From assembly GCA_023512475.1 (NCBI GenBank), contig JAILZL010000007.1, forward strand, positions 7,697-71,696: a stretch of 64,000 nt of DNA. The letters run 5' to 3'. Positions 26,801-35,218 of this stretch are shown piece by piece. Position 1 is the first letter of the stretch. Each line of letters begins with the position of its first letter. The notes beneath the pieces are model-generated. The model was not told the DNA's origin and ran no database searches. It saw only the letters and a list, made by a program, of their open reading frames with translations. The DNA comes from Syntrophobacterales bacterium. GTDB taxonomy: Bacteria; Desulfobacterota; Desulfobaccia; Desulfobaccales; 0-14-0-80-60-11. Both the position numbers and the translations under genes were made by a program.

Positions 26801-27554
26801 CCCGGAGAACGGGCCGGCGGCGCCCGCCTTTATCCGCCACGCCCGGATGGAAATCACCCTGGACGCGCCGAGAAATATCTGGGTCAAGGACAAGCGGGCC
26901 AACCTCGAGCTGGGGGGGAGGCTGCTGGCCTTCAAGGAGCCGGCCGGGCCGGTGCGCCTGCGGGGGGAGATGCGGGTGCTCACCGGCACGGTGGAGGTGC
27001 ACGGCAAGCCCTTCACCGTCAAGGAAGGCCTCATCCATCTTCCCGGCCGGCCGCCGGAGCTCATCACCGTCAAGGGCCGGGCGGAACATCAGTTGGAAGA
27101 GGTGCTCCTCATCCTGGAAATGAGCGGGCCCCTGGCCAAGCCGGAGATCCGTCTGGCCAGCCTGCCTCCCCTTCCCCCGGCGGACCTGCTCTCCTACATG
27201 GCCTTCGGGCAGCGGGCCGCCACCCTCACCCGGGAGCAGTACAGCTCCGTGGGCGCCCAGGCCGTGGGGCTCATCGGCGGGCTCACCACCAAGAAGCTGT
27301 TGGACTTTCTGGGCAAGGATTTTCCCCTGCTGGGGGACCTCTATTTCACCGGCGGCCCGGAGCGGGTGGGCGTGGGCAAGCCCATCACCCGGGATCTGAG
27401 ACTCTCCTTTGAGCGGGTGAGCGATCCCTTGACCAGGAGCGCCGCCGAAAACCAGGTGCGGCTGGAGTACCGGGTCAGCCGGCGGCTCAGCGTGGAATCC
27501 CAGGTGGGGCGGCGCAATTCAGGCGTGGACGTGTTCTGGAATTTTGACTTTTAG
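23871..27554 (+). CDS. tamB: translocation and assembly module protein TamB (DUF490 C-terminus)
   Basis: 1227 aa with an N-terminal membrane anchor (MRWVKILVLGVAGLLGLAALALGL), a long repetitive beta-rich body, and a C-terminus ...LRLEYRVSRRLSVESQVG...GVDVFWNFDF typical of TamB. Confidence 0.85.
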   Translation: MRWVKILVLGVAGLLGLAALALGLALKSEGVWTWGGHRLVAFAQERLYPTLTVAEVRGHPLTGLTFTGLRLTGPEGEILRAERLELRFSLWSFVRLRPILSRVAVHQPLVQLWWEPDGQVNLKRVLKPRPPPPFRSLDFPGLEVVRGELAVRREGRVERFGPVDFQAAVMILNPKRPEQKILVRRASLSWSGPPGRLTLSGRLTLRPEELQLLEVVLKLDDDLLVQGSGRGWGGDAPGLRLALEMGPAAQESLPRLLPGWPAAWPLAGRLNLEAGPAGGQLTGELTLAGSPLTLAGRLSREEGAWTYALDLEVPALPVEWLRPWRPQWVARVADLPPLNLRLAGKGTGFSWPPDRLDWELTLGAVSWRGLKLAAARGTLTGDAREQILGLSGHGSFGRLSATLKGPLLTALKGETDVQVQDLPPGLLGLAAPPDTRVNGRFRGTFHLPEGDVSRLTLAGELRGSGRWGELPVQELTARLAWAPPRLEIREAALKAAGLWATGQGAFSPQGLEARVQGQLRGSMPWLPGPRFSQAAFDLALRGPLSGPRAVLTAQVQNLSGGGLAARGLSLAGELEGWPPAAGRLVLTAAGLTSPLASFPQAQATLRGDQHRWHLEGKASGEGKNQVELAGLLEAGGRPLVLTLNRLSFGLGQLAGRAQTPVRLAFLPGVRLEPAVFLVNGGRLEAEGHLSAGLVSARLEGRDLPAGLVGLKGVPLRGKIQLRAGLGGTPARPTLTAAASLTEGGWGKLEVKRATASLSYGDGILGLSGALEEARRGSRLTLEGRLPWRWSLMPWAVGRGEGELKVALTGEKFNLAVLPALTREVTEADLPLEFQALWQGPAARPRVRGFLRWTEGYLTFRLGGARYQVAPGTAHLEGDTLTLPELVLVSDGTARIRGSIALEGFWPGQFHLRGELANFKALSRLGSEARGEGSLTLTGPWEALQVAGRLTVTQALFRPLFFETGISEDIVLVRQRQAPENGPAAPAFIRHARMEITLDAPRNIWVKDKRANLELGGRLLAFKEPAGPVRLRGEMRVLTGTVEVHGKPFTVKEGLIHLPGRPPELITVKGRAEHQLEEVLLILEMSGPLAKPEIRLASLPPLPPADLLSYMAFGQRAATLTREQYSSVGAQAVGLIGGLTTKKLLDFLGKDFPLLGDLYFTGGPERVGVGKPITRDLRLSFERVSDPLTRSAAENQVRLEYRVSRRLSVESQVGRRNSGVDVFWNFDF

Positions 27555-27565
27555 CAGGAGGTGGG

Positions 27566-27705
27566 AAAACGCCCCTCCCCCAAATCCGGGGGGAGGAGAC
27601 TGGCCGATTTTACCGGTTCGGCCAACCCACCTCCCATGAATGGGGTGGGGGCAGGGGGGTCGGGGGAGGGCAGGGGTCTGTGACCCCCCGGCCCCTTCCC
27701 CGAAT
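27566..27705 (-). repeat. intergenic repeated element, copy B (downstream of the minus-strand gene 27773..28219), ending in hairpin plus TTTT on the minus strand
   Basis: The reverse complement aligns with copy A (see 21326..21444). It carries a ~24-nt C-rich insertion and a shorter loop in the CCACCCC/TGGGAGGTGG hairpin. Confidence 0.7.
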
Positions 27706-27772
27706 AACCGTTGGCAACAACCTGTTCGGCGGCAGACCCGGGCCGGGAGCAGGCCGGCCCGGGCTCAGTGAA

Positions 27773-28219
27773 TCACTGGCGCCAGCGGCGGCCGCCTTGA
27801 CCGGCCCAGCGGGGCACCCCCTGGGGATCCCTCAGGGTCATTACCTGACCGCCCTTTTTCACCTCCCGGGCGATGAGCACCTTGCCTCCCTGAAAATCCA
27901 CCCGGGAGCCGGTGATCTCCACTTTATCCCCGGCGGCGAGCTTGACCGCCTGCTGGTCCACAAACCAGCTGGGTCCCAGATGGACGGTGAGAGTCTCCTG
28001 TCCGGTTTTCAGGGTGAGGTGCACTCCCTGGGCCCGGCGGCCCCAGGACACCCGGTCCACGCTCGCCACTTCGCCCGTCACGGTCTCCACCGTGGCGGGA
28101 TTGTAGATGCGGCCATATCCCGGCGCCCCTCCGGGGCCGGGCTGGGCCCAGGCGGCGGTGGCCGGCACAAGCAGGGTCACCATCAGAAGGGGGAGGAACT
28201 GTCGCTCCATTCGCATCAT
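27773..28219 (-). CDS. secreted small beta-rich (OB/BOF-like) protein, family not confidently named
   Basis: 148 aa with signal peptide MMRMERQFLPLLMVTLLVPATAAWA. The pattern GEV.SVD...GVHLTLKTG.ETLTVHLGPSWF...GDKVEITGS...G..VLIAREV.KGG.V..LRD..G.P.W recurs in periplasmic proteins. The RBS is aggagg. Confidence 0.6.
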   Translation of the reverse strand: MMRMERQFLPLLMVTLLVPATAAWAQPGPGGAPGYGRIYNPATVETVTGEVASVDRVSWGRRAQGVHLTLKTGQETLTVHLGPSWFVDQQAVKLAAGDKVEITGSRVDFQGGKVLIAREVKKGGQVMTLRDPQGVPRWAGQGGRRWRQ

Positions 28220-28510
28220 TTCGACCTCCTGGGGAATTTCAGGCGGGAGCCGGGGCAGGATGCCCTCCGACGCCGGCCCCTCACCTGGCTGTTTTCAATT
28301 TAAACCCCTGTGCCCCGGGAAACCGGCGCGGTGAAATGCCTCCTGCCGCTGGGCCGGGGTGGCCCTGGCTGCCGGGAAGGGCTATATTGAAATAACAAGG
28401 GGGGGAATCTTGGCAGGGCGGGAAGAGGGGATGGGAGGGATCCTTCCCCGGCTTCCCCCTATGCCTGGCACCGGACCCACTTGTCCTGTCGGCCAGGGGG
28501 GAAGGCGCGC

Positions 28511-29323
28511 ATGATCCAGCCGTCGGCCGTGCCCGTGAACGCCGCCGGACGCTGTTACCATCTGAATTGCGGCCCCGGGGAGGTGGCGCCCTACATCCTC
28601 ACCGCCGGGGATCCGGCCCGCATCCGGCGGCTGGCCCGCCGGCTGGAGGCCATCCGGGTGCGGCGGGCCAACCGGGAATTTCTCACGCTGACCGGCACCT
28701 ACCGGGGCATCCCGGTGAGCCTCATGGCCACCGGCATCGGGCCGGACAATACCGCCATCGCGGTGATCGAGGCCAGTGCCTGCGTGGCGCCGGTCACCTT
28801 CATCCGCCTGGGGACCTCCGGCGCCCTGCAGGAATTCATCCGCCCCGGGGACCTGGTGGTCACCGCCCGGGCTCTGAGGGATGAGCAGACGAGCGCCTAT
28901 TATGCCGGCCCGGAAGTGGCGGCCCGGGCCCACCCCCGGGTGGTGGAGGCCCTGACCCAGGCGGCCCGGGAGCTGGGCGTGCCCCATCATGTGGGCCTGA
29001 CCTGCACCACCGCCGATTTCTACGCCGGTCAGGGGCGGGTGGTGCCGGGGTTCCCCTGCCGGGAGCCGGACAAGGTGGCCCGGCTCCAGGCCCAGGGGGT
29101 GCTCAATCTGGAAATGGAGATGTCGGTTTATCTCACCCTGGCCCAGGTCTCCTCCCTGAACCTCAGGGCCGGGGGCGTGTGTACGGTGGTGGCCCACCGG
29201 GTGACGGGGCAGGCCCTCTTTGGGGGGCGGCGCCGGAGCCGGGCCGAAGCGCGCCTGGTGGACGTGGGGTTGAGAGCCCTGGAGATCCTGTATCACCGGG
29301 ATCAGACGGGGGGTGAGGGATAG
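28511..29323 (+). CDS. nucleoside phosphorylase (PNP/UDP phosphorylase family 1)
   Basis: ...APYILTAGDPARIRRLA...EFLTLTGTYRGIPVSLMATGIGPDNTAI...IRLGTSGAL...NLEMEMS fits the uridine/purine nucleoside phosphorylase fold. Confidence 0.75.
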   Translation: MIQPSAVPVNAAGRCYHLNCGPGEVAPYILTAGDPARIRRLARRLEAIRVRRANREFLTLTGTYRGIPVSLMATGIGPDNTAIAVIEASACVAPVTFIRLGTSGALQEFIRPGDLVVTARALRDEQTSAYYAGPEVAARAHPRVVEALTQAARELGVPHHVGLTCTTADFYAGQGRVVPGFPCREPDKVARLQAQGVLNLEMEMSVYLTLAQVSSLNLRAGGVCTVVAHRVTGQALFGGRRRSRAEARLVDVGLRALEILYHRDQTGGEG

Positions 29324-29391
29324 AGGCTGCGGCCTCCCTGGGGAGCAGGGGAGGGATGCAGCCGGGCACGGATGTTTGGGGTGGCTGACCG

Positions 29392-30543
29392 ATGCTGAAG
29401 CTCACCTGGCGCAACGCCCTGAGGCACCCCTTGCGGGCCGCCCTCACCGTGCTGGGCATGGCGGTGGCGGTCCTGGCTTTTTGCCTGCTGCGCACCGTGG
29501 TGGCGGCCTGGTATTCCGGGGTGTCCGCCGCCTCCCCCAACCGGCTGGTGACCCGGAACGCCATCTCCCTGGTCTTCCGGCTGCCCATCGCCTATCTCCC
29601 CCGCATCCAGGCCCTGCCCGGCATCAAAAACATCACCTATGGCATGTGGTTCGGGGGCATTTACATAGACGAGCGCAATTTTTTCCCCCAGTTTGCGGTG
29701 GAACTGCCCCATTATCTGGCCATTTTTCCGGAGTATCTCATCCCCGAGGACCAGAAGACCGCGCTTTTGCGGGACCGGCAGGGGGCCGCGGCCGGTCGCC
29801 AGCTGGCCCGCCGCTTCGGCTGGCAGGTGGGGGACGCCATCATCCTCAAGGGTACCATCTATCCCGGGGAATACCGCCTCATCATCCGGGCCATCTACAC
29901 CGGCCGGGAGCCCACCACCGACGAGGGCCGCCTCCTGTTTCACTGGGATTACCTCAATGAGAACATGAAGAAACTCCTGCCGGAACGGGCCGATCAGGTG
30001 GGCTGGTTCATCACCGAGGTGCAGGCCAAGGAGGAGGCTCCCCTGGTGGCCGCCCGCATCGACGCCCTGTTCAAAAACTCCCTGGCGGAGACCTTGACCG
30101 AGAGCGAGGCCGCCTTTGCCATGGGCTTCGTCTCCATGACCGAGGCCATCCTCCTGGCGATCCAGGTGGTTTCCTGGCTGGTCATCGGGGTCATCCTGGT
30201 GCTTCTGGCCAACACCATGGCCATGAGCGCCCGGGAGCGCCAGGGGGAGTATGCGGTGATGAAGACCCTGGGGTTCAGGCCCCGGCATCTGGCGGGGGTC
30301 ATCCTGGGGGAATCCCTGCTTTTGGCCTTGGCGGGCGGTCTCCTGGGCCTGTCCCTCACCTTCCCGGGGGTACACCTCTTCAAGGTGAAGCTGGGGCAGT
30401 ATTTCCGCGTCTTCCCCCTGACCTATGCCACCCTGGGCCTGGGGCTGGGCACCGCCCTGGCGGTGGGGGTGCTGGCGGCCCTGCTGCCGGCCTGGCGGGC
30501 GTCCCGGGTGGGGATCGCCGAAGCCCTGCGCAAGGTGGGCTGA
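29392..30543 (+). CDS. ABC transporter permease, FtsX/MacB-type (4 TM plus periplasmic domain), copy 1
   Basis: 383 aa. The N-terminus is MLKLTWRNALRHPLRAALTVLGMAVAV... and the C-terminal FtsX domain has ...NTMAMSARERQGEYAVMKTLGFRPRHL.... Confidence 0.85.
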   Translation: MLKLTWRNALRHPLRAALTVLGMAVAVLAFCLLRTVVAAWYSGVSAASPNRLVTRNAISLVFRLPIAYLPRIQALPGIKNITYGMWFGGIYIDERNFFPQFAVELPHYLAIFPEYLIPEDQKTALLRDRQGAAAGRQLARRFGWQVGDAIILKGTIYPGEYRLIIRAIYTGREPTTDEGRLLFHWDYLNENMKKLLPERADQVGWFITEVQAKEEAPLVAARIDALFKNSLAETLTESEAAFAMGFVSMTEAILLAIQVVSWLVIGVILVLLANTMAMSARERQGEYAVMKTLGFRPRHLAGVILGESLLLALAGGLLGLSLTFPGVHLFKVKLGQYFRVFPLTYATLGLGLGTALAVGVLAALLPAWRASRVGIAEALRKVG

Positions 30544-30546
30544 GAC

Positions 30547-31698
30547 ATGCTCAAGCTCACCTGGCGCAATACCCTGAGGCACCCCTTGCGGGCCGCCCTC
30601 ACCGTTTTGGGGCTGGCGGTGGCGGTCCTGGCCTTTTGCCTTTTGCGCACGGTGGTGGAGGCCTGGTATGCGGGGGTGGCGGCTTCCTCCCCGGTGCGTC
30701 TGGTGACCCGGCATGCCGTCTCCCTCATGTTTCCCTTGCCCCTGTCGCACCTGAACAAGCTGAGGGCCATCCCGGGGGTGAAGGAGGTGGCGTACGCCTA
30801 CTGGTTTGAAGGGGTATACGTGGACAAAAAGAATTTCTTCGCCCAGTTTGCCGCCTCCCTCCCGGCCTACCTGGAGTGCTACCCGGAATTTGTCCTCCCC
30901 CCGGAGCAGAAGCTGGCGCTGTTGCGGGACCGCCGGGGCGCGGTGGCCGGCCGCCGTCTGGCGCAGCGCTTCGGTTGGCGGGTAGGGCAGGTCATCGTCC
31001 TCAACGGCACCTATTTCCAGGGGGAGTACCGTTTGGTGCTCCGGGGCATCTACGAGGGCAAATACCCCACCACCGATGAGACGCTCTTCTTTTTCCATTG
31101 GGACTATCTCAACGAAACCCTGAAGAAGACCGCGCCCGGCCAGGCGGATCAGGTGGGCTGGTTTCTGGTGCAGGTGGAGCGGCCGGAGCTGGCCGCGGAG
31201 GTGGCCCAGAAGATCGACGCCGCCTTCAAAAACTCCCTGGCGGAGACCGTGACGGAGACGGAGGCGGCCTTCAACCTGGGCTTTGTGGAGATGACCAGCG
31301 CCATTCTTTTGGCCATCCGGGTGGTGTCCTGGGCGGTCATCGGGGTGATCCTCATCGTGCTGGCCAACACCATGGCCATGAGCGCCCGGGAGCGGCTGGG
31401 GGAGTATGCGGTGCTCAAAAGCATGGGCTTTAGGCCCCGGCACCTGAGCCTCATCATCCTGGGGGAGTCGCTCCTGCTGGCCACGGCGGGGGGGATCCTG
31501 GGGCTGCTTTTGAGTTTTCCGGCGGTGGGGCTCTTTCCCGACACCGTGACCCAGTATTTTCCGGATCTGAGCGTCAAGCCGCCCACCTTGGCCTTGGGGC
31601 TGGCAGTGGCCCTGGGGGTGGGGGTGGTGGCGGCGGTGCTGCCGGCCTGGCGGGCCGCCCGGGTGGTGATCGCCGCGGCCCTGCGCCAGCTGGGGTAG
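30547..31698 (+). CDS. ABC transporter permease, FtsX/MacB-type, copy 2 (tandem paralogue)
   Basis: 383 aa, collinear with copy 1. The first ~37 aa and the NTMAMSARER segment are nearly identical, also at nucleotide level. It starts 3 nt after copy 1's stop. Confidence 0.85.
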   Translation: MLKLTWRNTLRHPLRAALTVLGLAVAVLAFCLLRTVVEAWYAGVAASSPVRLVTRHAVSLMFPLPLSHLNKLRAIPGVKEVAYAYWFEGVYVDKKNFFAQFAASLPAYLECYPEFVLPPEQKLALLRDRRGAVAGRRLAQRFGWRVGQVIVLNGTYFQGEYRLVLRGIYEGKYPTTDETLFFFHWDYLNETLKKTAPGQADQVGWFLVQVERPELAAEVAQKIDAAFKNSLAETVTETEAAFNLGFVEMTSAILLAIRVVSWAVIGVILIVLANTMAMSARERLGEYAVLKSMGFRPRHLSLIILGESLLLATAGGILGLLLSFPAVGLFPDTVTQYFPDLSVKPPTLALGLAVALGVGVVAAVLPAWRAARVVIAAALRQLG

Positions 31699-31769
31699 GG
31701 CCGGATGTGAAGGGGCCGGGAAGCAGCGGCTTCCGGGTATGAAACCTTGCGATTCGAGAGGAGGGGAGC

Positions 31770-32084
31770 GTGCGGAAAGCCGGATGGGTGGTGGTGATGC
31801 TGGCCGTGGCGGCGGTGCTGGCGACGGGGATGGCCCTCGCCTCTCCGGACCAGGAATTCTTCGGGGTGGTGGAGGCCCGGCCCGCCAAAGGTTATTTCGG
31901 GGAGTGGATCATCAGCGGCAAACGGGTGAAGGTCAGCCCCCGGACAGAGTTCGATTTCCGGGGCGGGGAGCCCCAGGTGGGGTCCGTGGTCAAGGTCCAG
32001 GGGCGCTGGTCCGAGGAGGTCTTCCTGGCCCGGGAGCTGAAGACCCCCCGGGATGACCGGGGGCGGGGCCGCGGCCGGCGCTGA
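31770..32084 (+). CDS. small secreted beta-rich protein (DUF5666-like), Arg/Gly-rich tail
   Basis: GTG start with RBS gagaggagggga and signal peptide MRKAGWVVVMLAVAAVLATGMALA. It is a paralogue of 7682..7981 (G.VEA.P...G.W..SG..V.V.P.T......G....G..V...G). Confidence 0.6.
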   Translation: MRKAGWVVVMLAVAAVLATGMALASPDQEFFGVVEARPAKGYFGEWIISGKRVKVSPRTEFDFRGGEPQVGSVVKVQGRWSEEVFLARELKTPRDDRGRGRGRR

Positions 32085-32197
32085 CATGCCGGCGTAACCA
32101 GGTCTGAGGGGAAAGCCGGGGGTGGCGCTGCCGCCATCCCCTGGGGAGAAAAGGGGGAGGGCCGGGCTCAGCGGTCCCAAGCCCCCTGTCCCGGGAG

Positions 32198-33220
32198 CTA
32201 CCCGGAAGCTCCGAAGCGGCGCCGGGCCATGTCGGCGGCCATGCGCAGAGCGGCGCTGAGACTCCCGGGATGGGCCTGCCCGGTGCCCGCCAGACTGTAG
32301 GCGGTGCCGTGATCCACCGAGGTGCGGATGATGGGGAGGCCCAGAGTGACGTTGACCGCGTCCATAAAGTGCAGCAGCTTCAGGGGGATGAGACCCTGGT
32401 CATGGTACATGGCGATGACTGCGTCGAACTCCCCCTGGGCGTGGCGCCAGAAGAGGGTGTCCGCGGGAAAGGGGCCGCTCACCGCCACCCCGGCGCCTTT
32501 GGCCTCCAGCACCGCGGGGATGATGATCTCCTGCTCCTCCGTGCCGAACAGCCCTCCTTCGCCAGCGTGGGGATTGAGGGCGGCCACCGCCAGGCGGGGC
32601 TCCGCCAGGCCGAAGTCCTGGCGCAGGCAGGCCCAGGTGAGGCGCAGCAGGCGCACCAGCCCCTCCTGGCTCAGGCGCTCCGGCACCTCGGCCAGGGCCA
32701 CGTGGATGGTGGCCAAAACCACCCGGAAGTTTCCCCCGGCCAGCATCATGGCCACCTCCGGGGCGCCGGTCTTCTCCGCCAGCAGCTCCGTGTGTCCGGG
32801 GTAAGGGAACCCCGCCAGGTGCATGGCCAGCTTGCTGATGGGTCCGGTGACCAGGCCGTGGGCTACGCCTTCCTGGCAGAGCCGGATGGCGCTGAGAATA
32901 TAAGAGACCATGGCGGCCCCGGCAGCGGGGGTGGGCAGACCGTAGCGGCAGTCCTCCGGGTCCAGATGGGAGAGGGCCCACAGGTCCAGGGTGCCGGGGA
33001 GGTAGCGGCCCTGGCCGGGGTGTTCCACCAGGTGGAGGCTCAGCTCCGGCGCCAGCAGGTCCCGGGCCCGGCGGAGGGCGGTGAGGTCCCCCAATACCAG
33101 GGGGCGGCAGGAGTCATAGACCCCGGGGTCTTTGAGGGCCAGGACGATGATCTCCGGGCCCACTCCCACGGGATCGCCCATGGTGAGGGCCAACAGGGGG
33201 CGGAAGCTCTCAGGGCTCAT
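32198..33220 (-). CDS. pdxA: 4-hydroxythreonine-4-phosphate dehydrogenase
   Basis: 340 aa. LALTMGDPVGVGPEI..., GHTELLA, ...TIHVAL..., ALNPHAGEGG and AMYHDQGLIP...TSVDHGTA are PdxA signatures. Confidence 0.9.
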   Translation of the reverse strand: MSPESFRPLLALTMGDPVGVGPEIIVLALKDPGVYDSCRPLVLGDLTALRRARDLLAPELSLHLVEHPGQGRYLPGTLDLWALSHLDPEDCRYGLPTPAAGAAMVSYILSAIRLCQEGVAHGLVTGPISKLAMHLAGFPYPGHTELLAEKTGAPEVAMMLAGGNFRVVLATIHVALAEVPERLSQEGLVRLLRLTWACLRQDFGLAEPRLAVAALNPHAGEGGLFGTEEQEIIIPAVLEAKGAGVAVSGPFPADTLFWRHAQGEFDAVIAMYHDQGLIPLKLLHFMDAVNVTLGLPIIRTSVDHGTAYSLAGTGQAHPGSLSAALRMAADMARRRFGASG

Positions 33221-34130
33221 GCACGTGGGGGGGCACGGGGAAATCCACCGGTTTCACGCTCACCTCCAGGCGGCCTCCCCGGGCGGTGACCTTCAGGTAG
33301 TGGTGGAAATAATGCCGGGGGTTCCGGCCGTGCAGGGCGGTGCCGGCGCCGCCGCTGATGGTGTAGGGCAGGCCCTCCCATTCCCCGGTGAAATAGCCGT
33401 GGATATGCCCGGCAAAGACATGATCGGCCCGCCCCTCCTTGAGAACCGTGAGCAGCTCCCGGGCCGCCCCGGCCGGCAGGGCGTGGGGTTTGGACCGCCC
33501 CGGCCGGGGGTCGAAGAGGGGCACGTGCAGGAAGACCAGGCGCAGGCGGGCGTCCCGATGGCGGCTCAGCTCGGCGGCCAGCCACTGGCGGCGCGCCGGG
33601 CTCAAGCCTGCGGGCTTGGCGTTGTTGATCAGCACAAAGGCATAATCCCCCAGACTGAAGGAGAGGTCGGCCGGGCCGAAGATCTCGCCGAACAGGGACG
33701 CCTCGCCCTTCAGCTCATGGTTGCCCGGCACCGTCAGCAGGGGCAGCCCTGAAAGCGCCTTCAGGTCGCGGAAGAACTGCCGATATTCCCACAGGCGGCT
33801 CCGGTTGACCAGGTCGCCCAGATGGATGACCAGGGAGACCCCTTCTTCCCGGGCCACCTCCTGAAGGAGCAGAGGGAAGAGGCCGCCGTGGTCCCGGCTG
33901 TCCCCCAGCACGACAAAGGTGAGGGGGTTGTGGGTCACTCCCGCCAGCCGCTGGAGGTTGAGGAGGTTGAAATCCCGGGCCGGGAGCTCCTCGGCATGGG
34001 CCCGGAAGCCCAAAGGCGCGGCCCAGGCCACGGCGAGGGCCACCAGCAGGGCCGCCCACCGCCACCGGCGGCGCCACCCTGTGGCCGGTCCACACATCGG
34101 TCGCACTTTTTTCCTGCCGTTTTGCCTCAT
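33210..34130 (-). CDS. secreted metallophosphoesterase (calcineurin-like); start 34130 or 34097
   Basis: It has a signal-like segment (WRWAALLVALAVAWAAP) and the motifs FVVLGDSRD, VIHLGDLV, VPGNHE, VFLHVP and GHIHGY. Confidence 0.8.
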   Translation of the reverse strand: MRQNGRKKVRPMCGPATGWRRRWRWAALLVALAVAWAAPLGFRAHAEELPARDFNLLNLQRLAGVTHNPLTFVVLGDSRDHGGLFPLLLQEVAREEGVSLVIHLGDLVNRSRLWEYRQFFRDLKALSGLPLLTVPGNHELKGEASLFGEIFGPADLSFSLGDYAFVLINNAKPAGLSPARRQWLAAELSRHRDARLRLVFLHVPLFDPRPGRSKPHALPAGAARELLTVLKEGRADHVFAGHIHGYFTGEWEGLPYTISGGAGTALHGRNPRHYFHHYLKVTARGGRLEVSVKPVDFPVPPHVHEP

Positions 34131-34282
34131 CCTGTGCCAGAATAGGGAGGGCCGGGGCCATGTCGCTCCGGCCCGGGGTTCCCGGACGGGGGGAGGCGAA
34201 AGGCGTCCCCGTCCGCGGGGCCACAGGCAGGCGGGAATCTGCACCTCTCTTCAGACTATCGCTGGAAAAGGAGCGCTTGTCA

Positions 34283-35101
34283 ATGGCGGCAGGCATGGCG
34301 CCTACGGAGCGGCGCCTGGGAATAGTCGGTGCCGGCAACCTGGGGATGGCCTTGGTCCGGGGACTCCTTAAGGCCGGCTGGGTGTCCCCGGAAGGTCTGT
34401 GGGTTTCTGATCCGGACCCGGCCCGACGCCGGGAGCTGGAGGCCTTGGGGGTGAGGCCCGCCGGCAGCAATGCCGAGGTCCTGGCGGCCTTAACCATCAT
34501 CCTGGCGGTGAAGCCCCAGATGGCGGACCGGGTGCTGGCCGAACTTGCCGGGGCCGGTAGCGACCACCTCTTCATCTCCCTGGTGGCGGGCCTCCCCCTG
34601 GCCCGGCTGGAGGAGGCCCTCCCTTTCGCCCGGATCATGAGGGCCATGCCCAACACCCCCCTGATGGTGGGGGAGGGCGTCACGGCCTTGGCCCCCGGGA
34701 GCCGGGCCACCCCGGAGGATCTGGCCCTGGGTCAGGAGCTCTTCGGGGCCCTGGGCCGGGCCGTGGTGGTGGAGGAGACTCACCTGGAGGCCGTCACCGG
34801 CTTAAGCGGCAGCGGCCCCGCCTATGTGGCGGTCTTCATCGAGGCCCTGGCCGACGGCGGGGTGCGCATGGGCCTGCCCCGGGCGTTGGCCCTGGAGCTG
34901 GCGGCCCAGACGGTGCGGGGGACCGCCGCTCTGCTCCTCTCCCAGGGGCTCCACCCGGCGGTGCTCAAGGACCAGGTGGCTTCACCCGGGGGCACCACCA
35001 TCGCCGGGCTGCACGCCCTGGAGCAGGGGGGCTTTCGGGGGGTGGTGATGGACGCGGTGCAGGTCGCCACCTGGCGGGCCCGGGAACTGGCCCGGCGCTG
35101 A
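34283..35101 (+). CDS. proC: pyrroline-5-carboxylate reductase
   Basis: LGIVGAGNLGMALVRGLL..., ILAVKPQ, RAMPNTPLMVGEG, VTGLSGSGPAYV and VASPGGTTIAGL.LE match ProC. Confidence 0.9.
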   Translation: MAAGMAPTERRLGIVGAGNLGMALVRGLLKAGWVSPEGLWVSDPDPARRRELEALGVRPAGSNAEVLAALTIILAVKPQMADRVLAELAGAGSDHLFISLVAGLPLARLEEALPFARIMRAMPNTPLMVGEGVTALAPGSRATPEDLALGQELFGALGRAVVVEETHLEAVTGLSGSGPAYVAVFIEALADGGVRMGLPRALALELAAQTVRGTAALLLSQGLHPAVLKDQVASPGGTTIAGLHALEQGGFRGVVMDAVQVATWRARELARR

Positions 35102-35218
35102 GGCGGGAGGCGTTTCCCCTCAAGAACCTGGCCGGGTGGTCGATGAGGCGGACGAGGGGGTGAGGCCACCGGCCGAGGGGGCCTGCCTCCCGCGCCCATG
35201 ACCAGGAGGGGAGCTGAG

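Noticed and set aside
28455-28480. A sigma54-like TGGCAC element (tggcaccggacccacttgt) upstream of the nucleoside phosphorylase gene, and a similar look at 14385-14420.
   Set aside because: The -12 TTGC element is not at the required spacing from the GG, so these are chance matches.
31700-31760. An SRP-RNA-like GGGAAGCAGC string after the permease genes.
   Set aside because: It is only a short hairpin (CCGGGAAGC...GCTTCCGGG). The conserved SRP domain IV sequence and the overall length are absent, so it is more likely a terminator-like stem.
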